Assembly: GCA_963760795.1 (NCBI GenBank)
Contig: CAVXEP010000019.1
Location: 277,313 to 341,312 of the forward strand
Reading direction: 5' to 3'
Source: an uncultured delta proteobacterium
GTDB lineage: Bacteria; Desulfobacterota; Binatia; UBA9968
Length of the DNA stretch: 64,000 bases
Below the pieces are notes generated by a model. It saw nothing but the letters and a program-made list of their open reading frames with translations, ran no database searches and had not been told where the DNA came from. Each line of letters opens with the position of its first letter. The first letter of the stretch is position 1. The position numbers and the translations under genes are program-made. This document shows, piece by piece, positions 23,349 through 32,672 of the stretch.

Positions 23349-24338
23349 TTATTTATTAAGCGAATCGAAAAAGCCGCTCTTTTCCAGTTGATCGACAATC
23401 GAAAAGTCGACGAACTGTTCGGGTTTTGGCAGCGGCTTTTTCCCGGCAAATTGATTCTCAATCATAAACTGAACCGCTTTGAGCGACGGGCGCGGTGTTT
23501 TCTGCAACGTCGGCGCGTAGTCTTGCCAGGTGCCTTCCAAGATTTCCTCGTCGTTGATCTTGCCGTACTTGGCCAAAACTTTTTTGCTGTATTCTTTATC
23601 GGTGCGATAGCGCTGCATGCCGCGCGTGAAGGCGCGCATGAAGCGCAGCGCCGTGTCGCGTTGCTGGGCGACGAAAGCGCGCGTCGTCATCACGGTGCCG
23701 TTGATGTCCTCGACACCGAGATCGGCGAAATTGACCAGCTCGCGCATGCCGCTTTTTATCGCCTTTGGATAGAGCGGATAGCTGAGCGCGGCGACCTGCA
23801 CGATGCCGTTCATCAACGCAGCGAACGCCTCCGGTTGCGCGCCGAAGGTGAGCAGCGCGACATCTTTGCTGGGGTCGAGATTGAACTGCTTGAGCGCGAT
23901 GCGCATGACTTGATCGGAAGTCGAGCCGAAAGTTGTGATGCCGGCTTTTTTGCCTTTCAAGTCGGACGGCTGCTTGATCTCCGGGCGCGCGATTAGACGG
24001 AAGGGCGAGACCGTACCGGTAGAACCGATGATCACGACGTCGGCGCCGGCGACGTTGGCGGTGAGCGCCGCAATGGCGCCGGCCTGAATGATCGGCGCGC
24101 TGCCGCCGAGCATCGCCGCAACCATTCGGCTGCTGCCGCCGACGCGGACGAGTTCGACGTCGAGCCCTTCGGCACTGAAGTATCCGGCCTCCTTGGCGAT
24201 CCACGCCGTCGCCCAGCTGCCGGCGAAGCTCGGGTAGAGCAAGCGCATGGATGTCAGAGTGGTCGCGCAAAATGCCGGATGCGTCAGCCGCCGATACTTA
24301 GGAATAGGACAACCAGCGCAATTCTTCTAACCGAACAT
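23349..24338 (-). CDS. ABC-type substrate-binding protein (NMT1/THI5-like); signal-peptide region frameshifted
   Basis: WIAKEAGYF, DLKGKKAGITTFGS, C-terminal PEQFVDFSIVDQLEKSGF; AGGAGG RBS before ATG 24338. Confidence 0.85.
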
Positions 24339-24417
24339 GGTCTCCTCCTGGATTTGTCGATGCTTGGCGTTGGCTTCTTCGGCCAACCCATTGTAGACAT
24401 TGTCTCGATTTACGACG

Positions 24418-25680
24418 ATGCAGCGCGACGATACCTCAAAGACGATGGTGAATAAAAGCGCCAGCGCGGAAATTGCCGCGCCGATGGCCGCATCCGGCGC
24501 GTCATTTGGGCGGCAGGTCGCGCCGGTATTTTTTCTGACGGCGATCTTTTTTCTCAACTTCATCGCGCGGGTGATTCTCTCGCCGCTGTTGCCGACGATT
24601 GAAAAGGAGCTGGCGATCGGCCACGGCCAGGCGGGCTTTTTTTTCTTTTTGATCTCCGCCGGTTATCTTTCGGGTTTGCTCGGTTCGGGATTTCTCTCGT
24701 CGCGCACCAGCCATCGCCAGACGATTCTCCTCTCCGGCGCCGGTGTCGGACTGGCGCTGTTCCTGCTTTCCGGGTCGAGCAGCCTGTGGGCGATGCGGCT
24801 CGGGTTATACGCCTTGGGATTGGCCGCCGGACTCTACATGCCTTCGGCGATCGCGACGATCACCGCGCTGGTCGATCAACGCCATTGGGGCAAAGCGATC
24901 GCGATTCACGAGCTGGCGCCCAATCTGGCGTTTTTCACCGGTCCGTTCGTTGCTGAACTATTTCTCCGCCACTCGACTTGGCGTGCCGCCCTGGCGGTAT
25001 TGGGCTGGCGCCTCGGTGCTGATCACCATGGGCTACTATCGGTATGGGCAGGGCGGCCGATTCGCCGGCGAATCGCCGGCGTCGAACGCCTTCGGTGTGC
25101 TGGTGCGCACGTCGGCGTTTTGGATCATGTTGATTCTCTTCGGCATGGGCGTCAGTTCGACCGTCGGGATTTATGCCATGTTGCCGCTCTATCTGGTTAG
25201 CGATCGCCAGGTCGAGGCGAGCTGGGCGAACACGGTGACGGCCTTGTCGCGCTCCTACGGGCCGGTGTTCGGCATGCTCGGCGGCTGGGCCTCGGACCGG
25301 CTCGGGCCGAAGCGGACCATGGTGGTGAGTTTGATCGTCACCGGCGTTTGACTTTGCTTTTGGGTTTCGTCGCCGATCAGCTGGATCAGCGCTGTGGTGA
25401 TCATCCAACCGGCCCTCGCCGTGTGGTTTTTCCCGGCCGGCTTCGCGGCGCTAGCGGTGATCGCGCCGCCACAAGCGCGCAATCTCGCGGTCGGCTTCAC
25501 CATTCCGTTTGGCTATTTGATCGGCGGCGGGGCGATCCCGACGTTTATCGGCATGATGGGCGACGCCGGACTGTTTGCGCTGGGCTTCACCATCACCGGG
25601 CTCATTGATCACTGGCGCCGGCGTTCTCGCGATGTCGCTCAAGCTGCCGCGCACGATCCAAGGAGTGATCGCACTAGTTT
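24418..25680 (+). CDS. MFS transporter (frameshifted; end approximate)
   Basis: Consecutive hydrophobic TM segments across ORFs 24400-25200, 24743-25351 and 25394-; GWASDRLGPK motif-A-like. Confidence 0.8.
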
Positions 25681-25721
25681 TCGGTTGTCAGCGGCGCACC
25701 GGCTGTTCTATAAATCGTCAT

Positions 25722-26474
25722 ATGAAGCTGGACGAGTTCGCTGCGAGGATTCGCGAGAGCGACGAGATCGTGGTTTTTACCGGCGCGGGGATCAGCACCG
25801 AGTCCGGCATCCCGGACTTTCGCAGCCCCGGCGGCATCTGGACGCGCTACCGGCCGGTGACGTTTCAAGAATACATGACCAGCGAGTCGGCGCGCATCGA
25901 GGCGTGGAAGCGCCGCCTCGACGGCTGGGAGCAATATAAAAATGCTAAACCCAACGTCGGCCATCATTTTATCCAAGCGCTAAGCTTGAAAGAAAAATTG
26001 ATCGGCCTGATCACGCAAAATGTCGACGGCCTGCACAGCATGGCCGGCCTAGCCGACGACAAGATCGTCGAGCTGCACGGCTCGAACCGCAAGATTCTTT
26101 GCATGAGCTGCGCCAAGGAATTCGCACCGGAACCGATCATTAACAGTTTAGTCGGCGATTTCGTCTCGCCCAAGTGCGACAGCTGCGGCGGCATCCTCAA
26201 GTCGGCAACGGTGTCCTTCGGCCAAGCGATGCCCGAGCAGGCGATGCGTGTAGCACAGGAATGGACCGAGCAAGCGGAAGTTTTCATCGTCATGGGCTCA
26301 TCATTGCAAGTGCAGCCCGCGGCGTCGTTTCCGGTCATGGCGAAACGCAATGGCGCGCTGTTGGCGATTATCAACCGTGAAGCAGGGCCGCTCGATGACT
26401 CGGCGGATTTCGTCCACAACGGCGCGATCGGCGAGTTCTGCGGCAAATTCGGCGAGATGATCGCCGATGGATGA
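25722..26474 (+). CDS. NAD-dependent protein deacylase (Sir2 family)
   Basis: GAGISTESGIPDFR, TQNVDGLH, ELHG, CxxC...CxxC, GSSLQV. Confidence 0.95.
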   Translation: MKLDEFAARIRESDEIVVFTGAGISTESGIPDFRSPGGIWTRYRPVTFQEYMTSESARIEAWKRRLDGWEQYKNAKPNVGHHFIQALSLKEKLIGLITQNVDGLHSMAGLADDKIVELHGSNRKILCMSCAKEFAPEPIINSLVGDFVSPKCDSCGGILKSATVSFGQAMPEQAMRVAQEWTEQAEVFIVMGSSLQVQPAASFPVMAKRNGALLAIINREAGPLDDSADFVHNGAIGEFCGKFGEMIADG

Positions 26475-26491
26475 CGCGGATGCGGACTGTT

Positions 26492-26612
26492 GGCCGCAAA
26501 GAACGCAAAAGGCGCAGAGTTAAAACACGGTAATTCACCACGAAGGACACGCAGATCACGAAGGTCGGAAGAGTAATTATCCGAACTCTTCGTGCCGTGA
26601 ACTTCGTGGTGA
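26492..26612. repeat. 9-bp-period cacgaag/cgcaaag repeat palindrome
   Basis: cgcaaagaacgcaaaaggcgcag; caccacgaaggacacgcagatcacgaag ... cttcgtgccgtgaacttcgtggtg; homologous to 41480-41825. Confidence 0.7.
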
Positions 26613-26650
26613 TACGACCGAGACTTCCTGGCGACGAAAGGAGCAAATTT

Positions 26651-27655
26651 ATGGCTGACTGGAAGATGATCGATGCCGATGGGCATATTCGCGAGGTCGA
26701 GAGCGATGTCTACGAATATCTGCCGGATTATTACAAAGCGCGGCGCGAGGCGGTGATGTATTTCCCGTTGCTGCCGCATCATGGCTGGCACCGGCAGGCG
26801 GGCCGGGCGGGGATCGGCGCGTCATTCTTGATCCCCACGTTGCAGGATTGGCAGCAGGCGTTGGATCTCGGAGAGCTCGAAGCCGCGGTGGTTTATCCGA
26901 CCCGCTTCATGCATATCGGCCAGGTCGGCATGGCCGACTTCGCGGTGGATTTGAGCAGGGCTTACAACGATTATCTGCACGATCGCTTCCTGCGCCACGA
27001 GCCGCGCTTGAAAGGCATCGCCATTCTGCCGATGCAAGATGTTCCAGCGGCCGTCGCCGAGCTGCGCCGGGTCGTCAAAGACTACGGCATGGTCGGTGCG
27101 GTGTTGCCGGCCGACGGTTTGCCGCGGCCATTGGGCCACCCGGAGTTTCACCCAGTCTACGAAGAGGCCAATCGCTTGGGCTGCATGCTCGCCGTGCATT
27201 CGCAGAATTCCTTGCGCAACAATGATCTGTTCATGTGGCGCGGCGAGGCGGCGACCCTGGCCCATGTCTGGCCGCAGATGCGCCAGTTCACCAACTTCAT
27301 GTTTTCCGGAGTGCTCGGCCGGCTGCCGGATTTGAAAATTGCTTTCTTAGAGGCCGGCTGCGGCTGGGTGCCTTATTTGATGAGCAAAATGGGCAACCGC
27401 ATGGGCGAGGCGCTGCCGCCGGCGAAGCTGATCGAGCGCGGGCAGATTTATTTTCAATGCGGCGAAGAGATGACCACCGGCCGCGATTTAGAATTGCTCG
27501 GCGACGAGTGTTTGTTCTGGGCGTCCGACTTTCCCCACGAGGGCATCGTCAGCATGAAGAAAGCCGTCGATGAGTTTCTCGAGCGCGACGATATCCCGGC
27601 GGCAGCGAAGCGCAAGATCAGCTACGACAATCCGAAAAGGCTTTACGCTCTCTAA
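26651..27655 (+). CDS. amidohydrolase_2 family protein
   Basis: IDADGH, AVH, FLEAGCGW, WASDFPH, DNPKRLY. Confidence 0.9.
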   Translation: MADWKMIDADGHIREVESDVYEYLPDYYKARREAVMYFPLLPHHGWHRQAGRAGIGASFLIPTLQDWQQALDLGELEAAVVYPTRFMHIGQVGMADFAVDLSRAYNDYLHDRFLRHEPRLKGIAILPMQDVPAAVAELRRVVKDYGMVGAVLPADGLPRPLGHPEFHPVYEEANRLGCMLAVHSQNSLRNNDLFMWRGEAATLAHVWPQMRQFTNFMFSGVLGRLPDLKIAFLEAGCGWVPYLMSKMGNRMGEALPPAKLIERGQIYFQCGEEMTTGRDLELLGDECLFWASDFPHEGIVSMKKAVDEFLERDDIPAAAKRKISYDNPKRLYAL

Positions 27656-27656
27656 G

Positions 27657-27765
27657 CTCAAACTCGTTCAAATAGTTCAAAATGTTCAAGCCGTTCAAAA
27701 CGTCGTCGGAATCGCAACTCCGGAAACCACTTGAACGGCTTGAACTATTTGAACGTTTTGAACGA
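27657..27765. repeat. inverted array of 9-bp GTTCAA units
   Basis: gttcaaata gttcaaaat gttcaagcc gttcaaaac ... ttgaacggc ttgaactat ttgaacgtt ttgaac. Confidence 0.8.
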
Positions 27766-27769
27766 GTTC

Positions 27770-28159
27770 TTATGCTTTCGCGAACTCTTCTTGAACCTTC
27801 TGCCGGACATCTTTGCGCGTGACGTAATCGATGATCTGGATATTCTCCGACGGGCCGGAGCGGTTGCCCATCATGATCATCGGTTGGTCGCTGGCATTTT
27901 CCAGCTGATAGAACGAGCCGCCGGTGATGGTCGCGGCCATGCCGGGTTTGAGCACGGCTGTGCCGCCGTCGGGGAAGCGCATGGTGCATTCGCCGTCGAT
28001 GACGTAAAAAGTTTGGTCGGCATTGTGGCAGTGCATCTCGTCCTTGTGGCCGGGTTTGTAATAGTGCATCCAGGCGTGGAAGCGCGGCGTGTTGAAAATT
28101 TCTTTGCGCTTTTTTTCCTGATGGGCGAAATCGACCATGTCGATAATTTCGATGGGCAT
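27770..28159 (-). CDS. cupin domain protein
   Basis: MHCHNADQTFYVIDGE cupin motif 1. Confidence 0.8.
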   Translation of the reverse strand: MPIEIIDMVDFAHQEKKRKEIFNTPRFHAWMHYYKPGHKDEMHCHNADQTFYVIDGECTMRFPDGGTAVLKPGMAATITGGSFYQLENASDQPMIMMGNRSGPSENIQIIDYVTRKDVRQKVQEEFAKA

Positions 28160-28188
28160 TGGTGTGTCCTCCTGTTTTGGGTTTTGGA

Positions 28189-28571
28189 TTAGAGTACTGC
28201 GATCACTTCGATTTGAAACAAATTGTTGCCGCGCAGATCGACTTTGACGGCGTGGCGCGCCGGGCGGTCATGTTCATCGGGAAACATTTTCAGCCAGGCC
28301 TTGTTGACCGTGTCGCGCAGCTTTTCGTCTTTCAAATAGACTTTCATGTAGGCGATTTGGTCCGGCGTCCCTCCGCGCGGTTTCCATGAAACAGTCGAAA
28401 TTTCGGAACATCGCTTCGGCCTGCTCGTCGGGATCCGTCGACAGCACGCCGGTCTTGGCGTCCTTGCCGGACGATCGCCGAGGAGAAAACCATGTTGCCG
28501 ATCACCACGCCGTTGGGGATCGGCGCGCCATGTTCCATGCCGGGAATATGAATGCTCTTGCGTTTTGCCAT
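28189..28571 (-). CDS. RidA/YjgF family protein (frameshifted)
   Basis: HGAPIPNGVVIGNMVFSS...VNKAWLKMFPDEHDRPARH...QIEVIAVL across frames. Confidence 0.85.
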
Positions 28572-28716
28572 ACGTCACCTCCTTGTCCGACTCGTTGCCT
28601 TTCTCATAGCACGGCGCCGAATGTGGGTCTACCGCGCCAAGTGGTCACTGGCGCTGTGAAAAAATCGGTGCTATGGGAAAGATCAACCCTATACACCCAA
28701 GCCGAAGGAGTCGCTC

Positions 28717-30123
28717 ATGGAAGCACTCGCGCAAACTGATAATGGCCGGACGTTGACCGAGCTCGAGGCCTACTTCAAAAAATACTCGGACATGCCGCGC
28801 GAGGTGGTGCTCAAGCATGACCTGTTGCGTGACGGCCATTGGTTTACCGATGCGGCGTTGGAGCTGGCGTCGGACGCGTTGGTGAAGTCCTACCGGCTGT
28901 TTTCCTACGATCTGATGCCGATGAAGGACATGAAGCGCAAGGAGCATCGCAAGATCACCGAGTGGTTCATGATGCGCGGCGGGCCTTATGGGTTGCGGCC
29001 GGTGACGGTGCAGACGACGTTGAATTCAAATTCGCCGTACCTGATCGATGCGGTCGATGGCAAACCGAAGCTGTTTCTTCAAGGTAAGGAAATTTGCGAC
29101 GTGGCGTTTCCCCCGCCGCTCAAATATTACACGCGCAAGTTCGCCGACGGCACGGCCTATCACGAGATCATCGCTTACGGTTACTTCGTCACGGCATTCC
29201 GCAATTGCCAATATTGGGGGCCGGATGAGGAGTGCCGCTTCTGCGACATCAATATCAATGCCCGGCAGATGAAGGACTCGCAAGACTTCACCTTCAATCC
29301 GCCGGTGAAGCCGCTGGACTATATGGTCGAAGTGGCGCGTTCCATCGAGCAGGACGCCACCGACGAGGTCGGTTTTACGCCGCTGATCGACTATCTCATC
29401 ACCGGCGGGACGATTACGAAAACGCTGCACGGCAAGGATGAGGACACTTTTTATGCGGAATACGCTTCGGCGCTCAAGTGGAGCGGCCACCGTCGCCATG
29501 TTTATCTACAAACCAACGCCAAGGATAAGGAAGCGCTTAAACGTTACCGTGCCGCCGGCGTCGATGGCCATCACGCCAACATGGAGGTGTGGGATCGCAA
29601 ATTGTTTGAATGGATCAATCCCGGCAAGAACCGCCGAATCGGCTGGGACAACTGGGTGCAAGGCATGGTCGATGCGGTGGATGTATTCGGCGAGACCAAT
29701 GTCCGGCCCAATTTCGTCAGCGGCGTCGAGATGGCGCGCCCCTACGGCTTCGACAACGTGGGGGATGCGGTCAAATCGACTAGCTCTGGATTCGACTTCA
29801 TGATGAAACATGGCATCTTCCCGCGGCTCAACCAGTGGCGTCGCGAGCCCGGTTCTAATCTAGTGTCGAATCAGCCGCAGCCGACGATCCCGTTGGAGTT
29901 CTATTTGGAGCTGATGGCCAACTATTACGCCACCTGGAAGAAATACAGCTTGCCGATAGCGCCGCATAACAGCGTCCATCCCGAGACCCGCATCATGGGG
30001 CGCGGCCATGGCACCTACGATGACATCATCCTGCTCAATGAAGTGGCTGACTACGAAGAGAGGGTTGACGACGCGCTGAAAAATGGTTTGAAGGCGTGCG
30101 TGCACGGGCATGCGAATGCATGA
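28717..30123 (+). CDS. radical SAM protein with a CX8CX2C motif
   Basis: CQYWGPDEECRFC, ITGG glycine motif, NMEVWD...INPGK...G; AAGGAG RBS. Confidence 0.8.
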   Translation: MEALAQTDNGRTLTELEAYFKKYSDMPREVVLKHDLLRDGHWFTDAALELASDALVKSYRLFSYDLMPMKDMKRKEHRKITEWFMMRGGPYGLRPVTVQTTLNSNSPYLIDAVDGKPKLFLQGKEICDVAFPPPLKYYTRKFADGTAYHEIIAYGYFVTAFRNCQYWGPDEECRFCDININARQMKDSQDFTFNPPVKPLDYMVEVARSIEQDATDEVGFTPLIDYLITGGTITKTLHGKDEDTFYAEYASALKWSGHRRHVYLQTNAKDKEALKRYRAAGVDGHHANMEVWDRKLFEWINPGKNRRIGWDNWVQGMVDAVDVFGETNVRPNFVSGVEMARPYGFDNVGDAVKSTSSGFDFMMKHGIFPRLNQWRREPGSNLVSNQPQPTIPLEFYLELMANYYATWKKYSLPIAPHNSVHPETRIMGRGHGTYDDIILLNEVADYEERVDDALKNGLKACVHGHANA

Positions 30124-30145
30124 GCGATTGAGGTCGTTTAAGAAA

Positions 30146-31129
30146 ATGGCTGTCGTTCGAATCGGTCTTTTGATCGCCCTCGCGTTGGTTCTGGCTGCGA
30201 CAGGGCCGGCAAATGGCGCGGATAAGCTGCGCATCGGCTACGGCGCGCCGTCGGTGACGATGGCGCCGCTGTGGATTGTCCAGGAAGGAAAAATATTCGC
30301 CCGCAACGGTTTGGACGTTGAGGTGCTCTATCTAGAAAGCGCTCTGGTGCAGCGGGCGTTGATCGCCGGGGAGATTTCTTTTGGCGAGATGACCGGCGCG
30401 CTGCTGTCGGCGCCGCGTTTGCAAGGCGCGGATGTGACCATGGTCTTGGGCTTCGTCGACCGCCTGCTGTTTCGCCTGGTGGCGCGCGGCGATATCAAGA
30501 CCGCCGCCGACCTCAAAGGCAAACGGATCGGCACGTCGCGTTTCGGCGCGGCGCTCGATCGCGCCGCGCGCTTGGCTCTGCCCAAGCTTGGCGTCAATCC
30601 CGACAAGGACGTGATCTTCGTGCAGATCGGCAGCGAAGCGACTTTGTTGACGGCGTTGCTCGGCAAGTCGGTGGATGCGACGTTGTTGCAACCGCCCCGT
30701 TTCAAGCGGGCCGTGGACGCCGGCATGAACGTGCTGGCAAATTTAGAAGAAATGAATATCCCGTTCCAACACACCGGCTTGGTGACCACCCAACGGTATA
30801 TCGCCAAGAACCCGGATGTGTCGCGGCGAGTGGTGAAGTCGTTCGTCGACGGTATTCATCTGATGCGCACCAATCCCGAAGTGGCCAAGAAAGCGATCAA
30901 CCGCTATATGCGCCTCAACGATGAGCGCGAGCTCGAAGAAACTTATCAATTGCTCAAGCGCGTCACGTTGATCAAACCGTATCCCTCTTTGGAAGGGATC
31001 AAAACTATTCTCAACGATCTCGTCGATCAGATTCCCGCGGCAAAAACCGCCGACCCAAAGGACTTTGTCGACACTCGATTCCTCGAAGAGCTGGACAAGT
31101 CCGGTTATATCGACAAATTGTACCGCTAG
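30146..31129 (+). CDS. ABC-type substrate-binding protein (NMT1/THI5-like)
   Basis: Signal peptide, DLKGKRIGTSRFG, LGVNPDKDV, PKDFVDTRFLEELDKSGYI. Confidence 0.88.
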   Translation: MAVVRIGLLIALALVLAATGPANGADKLRIGYGAPSVTMAPLWIVQEGKIFARNGLDVEVLYLESALVQRALIAGEISFGEMTGALLSAPRLQGADVTMVLGFVDRLLFRLVARGDIKTAADLKGKRIGTSRFGAALDRAARLALPKLGVNPDKDVIFVQIGSEATLLTALLGKSVDATLLQPPRFKRAVDAGMNVLANLEEMNIPFQHTGLVTTQRYIAKNPDVSRRVVKSFVDGIHLMRTNPEVAKKAINRYMRLNDERELEETYQLLKRVTLIKPYPSLEGIKTILNDLVDQIPAAKTADPKDFVDTRFLEELDKSGYIDKLYR

Positions 31130-31250
31130 TCGCCAGCGACACTTCATCCGCGATGGGAATCGTGGCAATCGAGGGATCGCCCGGCCCCTGAGCGCTTGAT
31201 AAAGCAACCGCGCCCTAGTTTATCATCCCCGTAAGACCTAGTATCCGCCG

Positions 31251-31406
31251 ATGGATTTACGGGCAACGCTGGCCCTTATCTTTGGCGTGGTTCTCCCCAT
31301 TCTTTTCGTTGTCTATATTGGTTCTTCGTATAGAGCGGGCGCCGAGCCCGAAGACCCGGTGCCGAAATGTTTAGGCCCGCGGGTAGGTGGCAACAGTGGT
31401 TGGTAA
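31251..31406 (+). CDS. putative 51-aa single-TM small protein
   Basis: Manual translation MDLRATLALIFGVVLPILFVVYIGSSYRAGAEPEDPVPKCLGPRVGGNSGW; no clear RBS. Confidence 0.35.
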   Translation: MDLRATLALIFGVVLPILFVVYIGSSYRAGAEPEDPVPKCLGPRVGGNSGW

Positions 31407-31426
31407 GTAGGGAACGCCAGGAGTGT

Positions 31427-31855
31427 TCAGTAATCAACTGGTAAGTTCAGACAACGAATGACCGTTAGTTTGTATTTCTTCATCCCAACGAAATCACCGC
31501 CGTGCACGCTGTTGCTAAGAGCGATGAGGGCGTTAGATGCGGCAATTACTGAGGCGAATGTTGGGATACGGTTGGGAAGGATACGAGCAAGCAAGCTGTA
31601 GAAGTTAATACAATAAGCCTTGGAACGAAGCAACGCAGCCTTGTCTCGGAGCGCCTTTGCAGCCTCATCTTGTAATTCCCTTCGGCTACGCTCGGACACA
31701 TTGTCATAGTAGACGAGCGCGTGAGCAACTTCGCCGACAGTTTTTCTATAGTCTTGGTATGGATCAATGATTAATTTGCTGACGTATAGTCCGATAACGT
31801 AGACAATGACGCTGCCGATTATTGTGAGAACCGCTGTAATAATTGGAACTGTCAC
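31427..31855 (-). CDS. hypothetical membrane-anchored protein, lower GC
   Basis: Likely GTG start at 31855, N-terminal TM then helical domain; AT-rich codons; the upstream part of the called ORF belongs to the adjacent pseudogene. Confidence 0.65.
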   Translation of the reverse strand: MTVPIITAVLTIIGSVIVYVIGLYVSKLIIDPYQDYRKTVGEVAHALVYYDNVSERSRRELQDEAAKALRDKAALLRSKAYCINFYSLLARILPNRIPTFASVIAASNALIALSNSVHGGDFVGMKKYKLTVIRCLNLPVDY

Positions 31856-31859
31856 GATG

Positions 31860-32490
31860 TTCAATCGGCAATGAAATTTGACCAGCCCGCTCGAATCAAG
31901 CAAGTTCGGGTAGAGACGGCGCGATCGGCGCCTGAATGCTTCGGTAAGCGCATCATAATTTGCGATAATCTCTTCCAAGCCGATGCGCCAATGGAATCAT
32001 GCATCCGTACCGCAGGCGGGATTGGTAATCAAGAACTGACGTAGCGTCGGTTCCGGAATGTTTCCTGCGTGCGCCCGGTCGGCGTCGCTGAAGGTCTAAC
32101 CGCTAGCGAGCGCAAGCGCCTCTAGCGCGGCAAGCAAGGGCTTATGCGCCGGCGGGGCTTCGGGCGCGATGTCGACTACGACTAGCCCATTGATGGAACT
32201 GGCGTTGACCGCGGCGCATTGCCGGGCCACCTTGCCGACCATGGAGTGGCCGCATAGATGGGCACGATCGAGATTCTCGCTGGCAAAAAAGTCTCTCACA
32301 TCCTTCGCCATGGCGCATGATGCGTCACCGGATTATGCGGCGAGGCGCCGTGATTTCTTAAATCTAAATCATAGACTTTGAAGTAGACAGCGAGCCGCTT
32401 GCCCATAGTGCGCGCATTGTCGGACGCGCCGAGAAAGCCTGCAGGGTGATTCTCGGGAAACCGATCCCTTGGACTTGGAAGTTGAGACGG
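31860..32490 (-). pseudogene. degraded YbfF-like alpha/beta esterase
   Basis: Fragments in shifting frames: LNFQVQG, GFLGASDN, DLDLRNHGASPH, GHSMVGKVA, VVVDIAP, LRQFLITN, in-frame TGA, WRIGLEEIIANY, TCLIRAGWSNFI; C-terminus absent. Confidence 0.8.
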
Positions 32491-32672
32491 ATGGTTTCTG
32501 GTTGTGGCGGGCGGCCGACGAAACTCTGCCAAGATCGGGAGACAAGGGAAAGCGCTTCGCGAGGCGCTTTAAGAGAGTTGCGAAGGAATCGTTGAGGTGG
32601 GTGGTAAAAACGCGCTGGCGATCGCAATGGAGAGTACCGCTAGTATGTCGGTTGCCGTGAAACGAGCTGTGA

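Noticed and set aside
27657-27765. CRISPR array (also considered for 41480-41825 and 47178-47278)
   Set aside because: Units are 9 bp with no unique 25-45 bp spacers, are arranged as inverted arrays, and there are no cas genes
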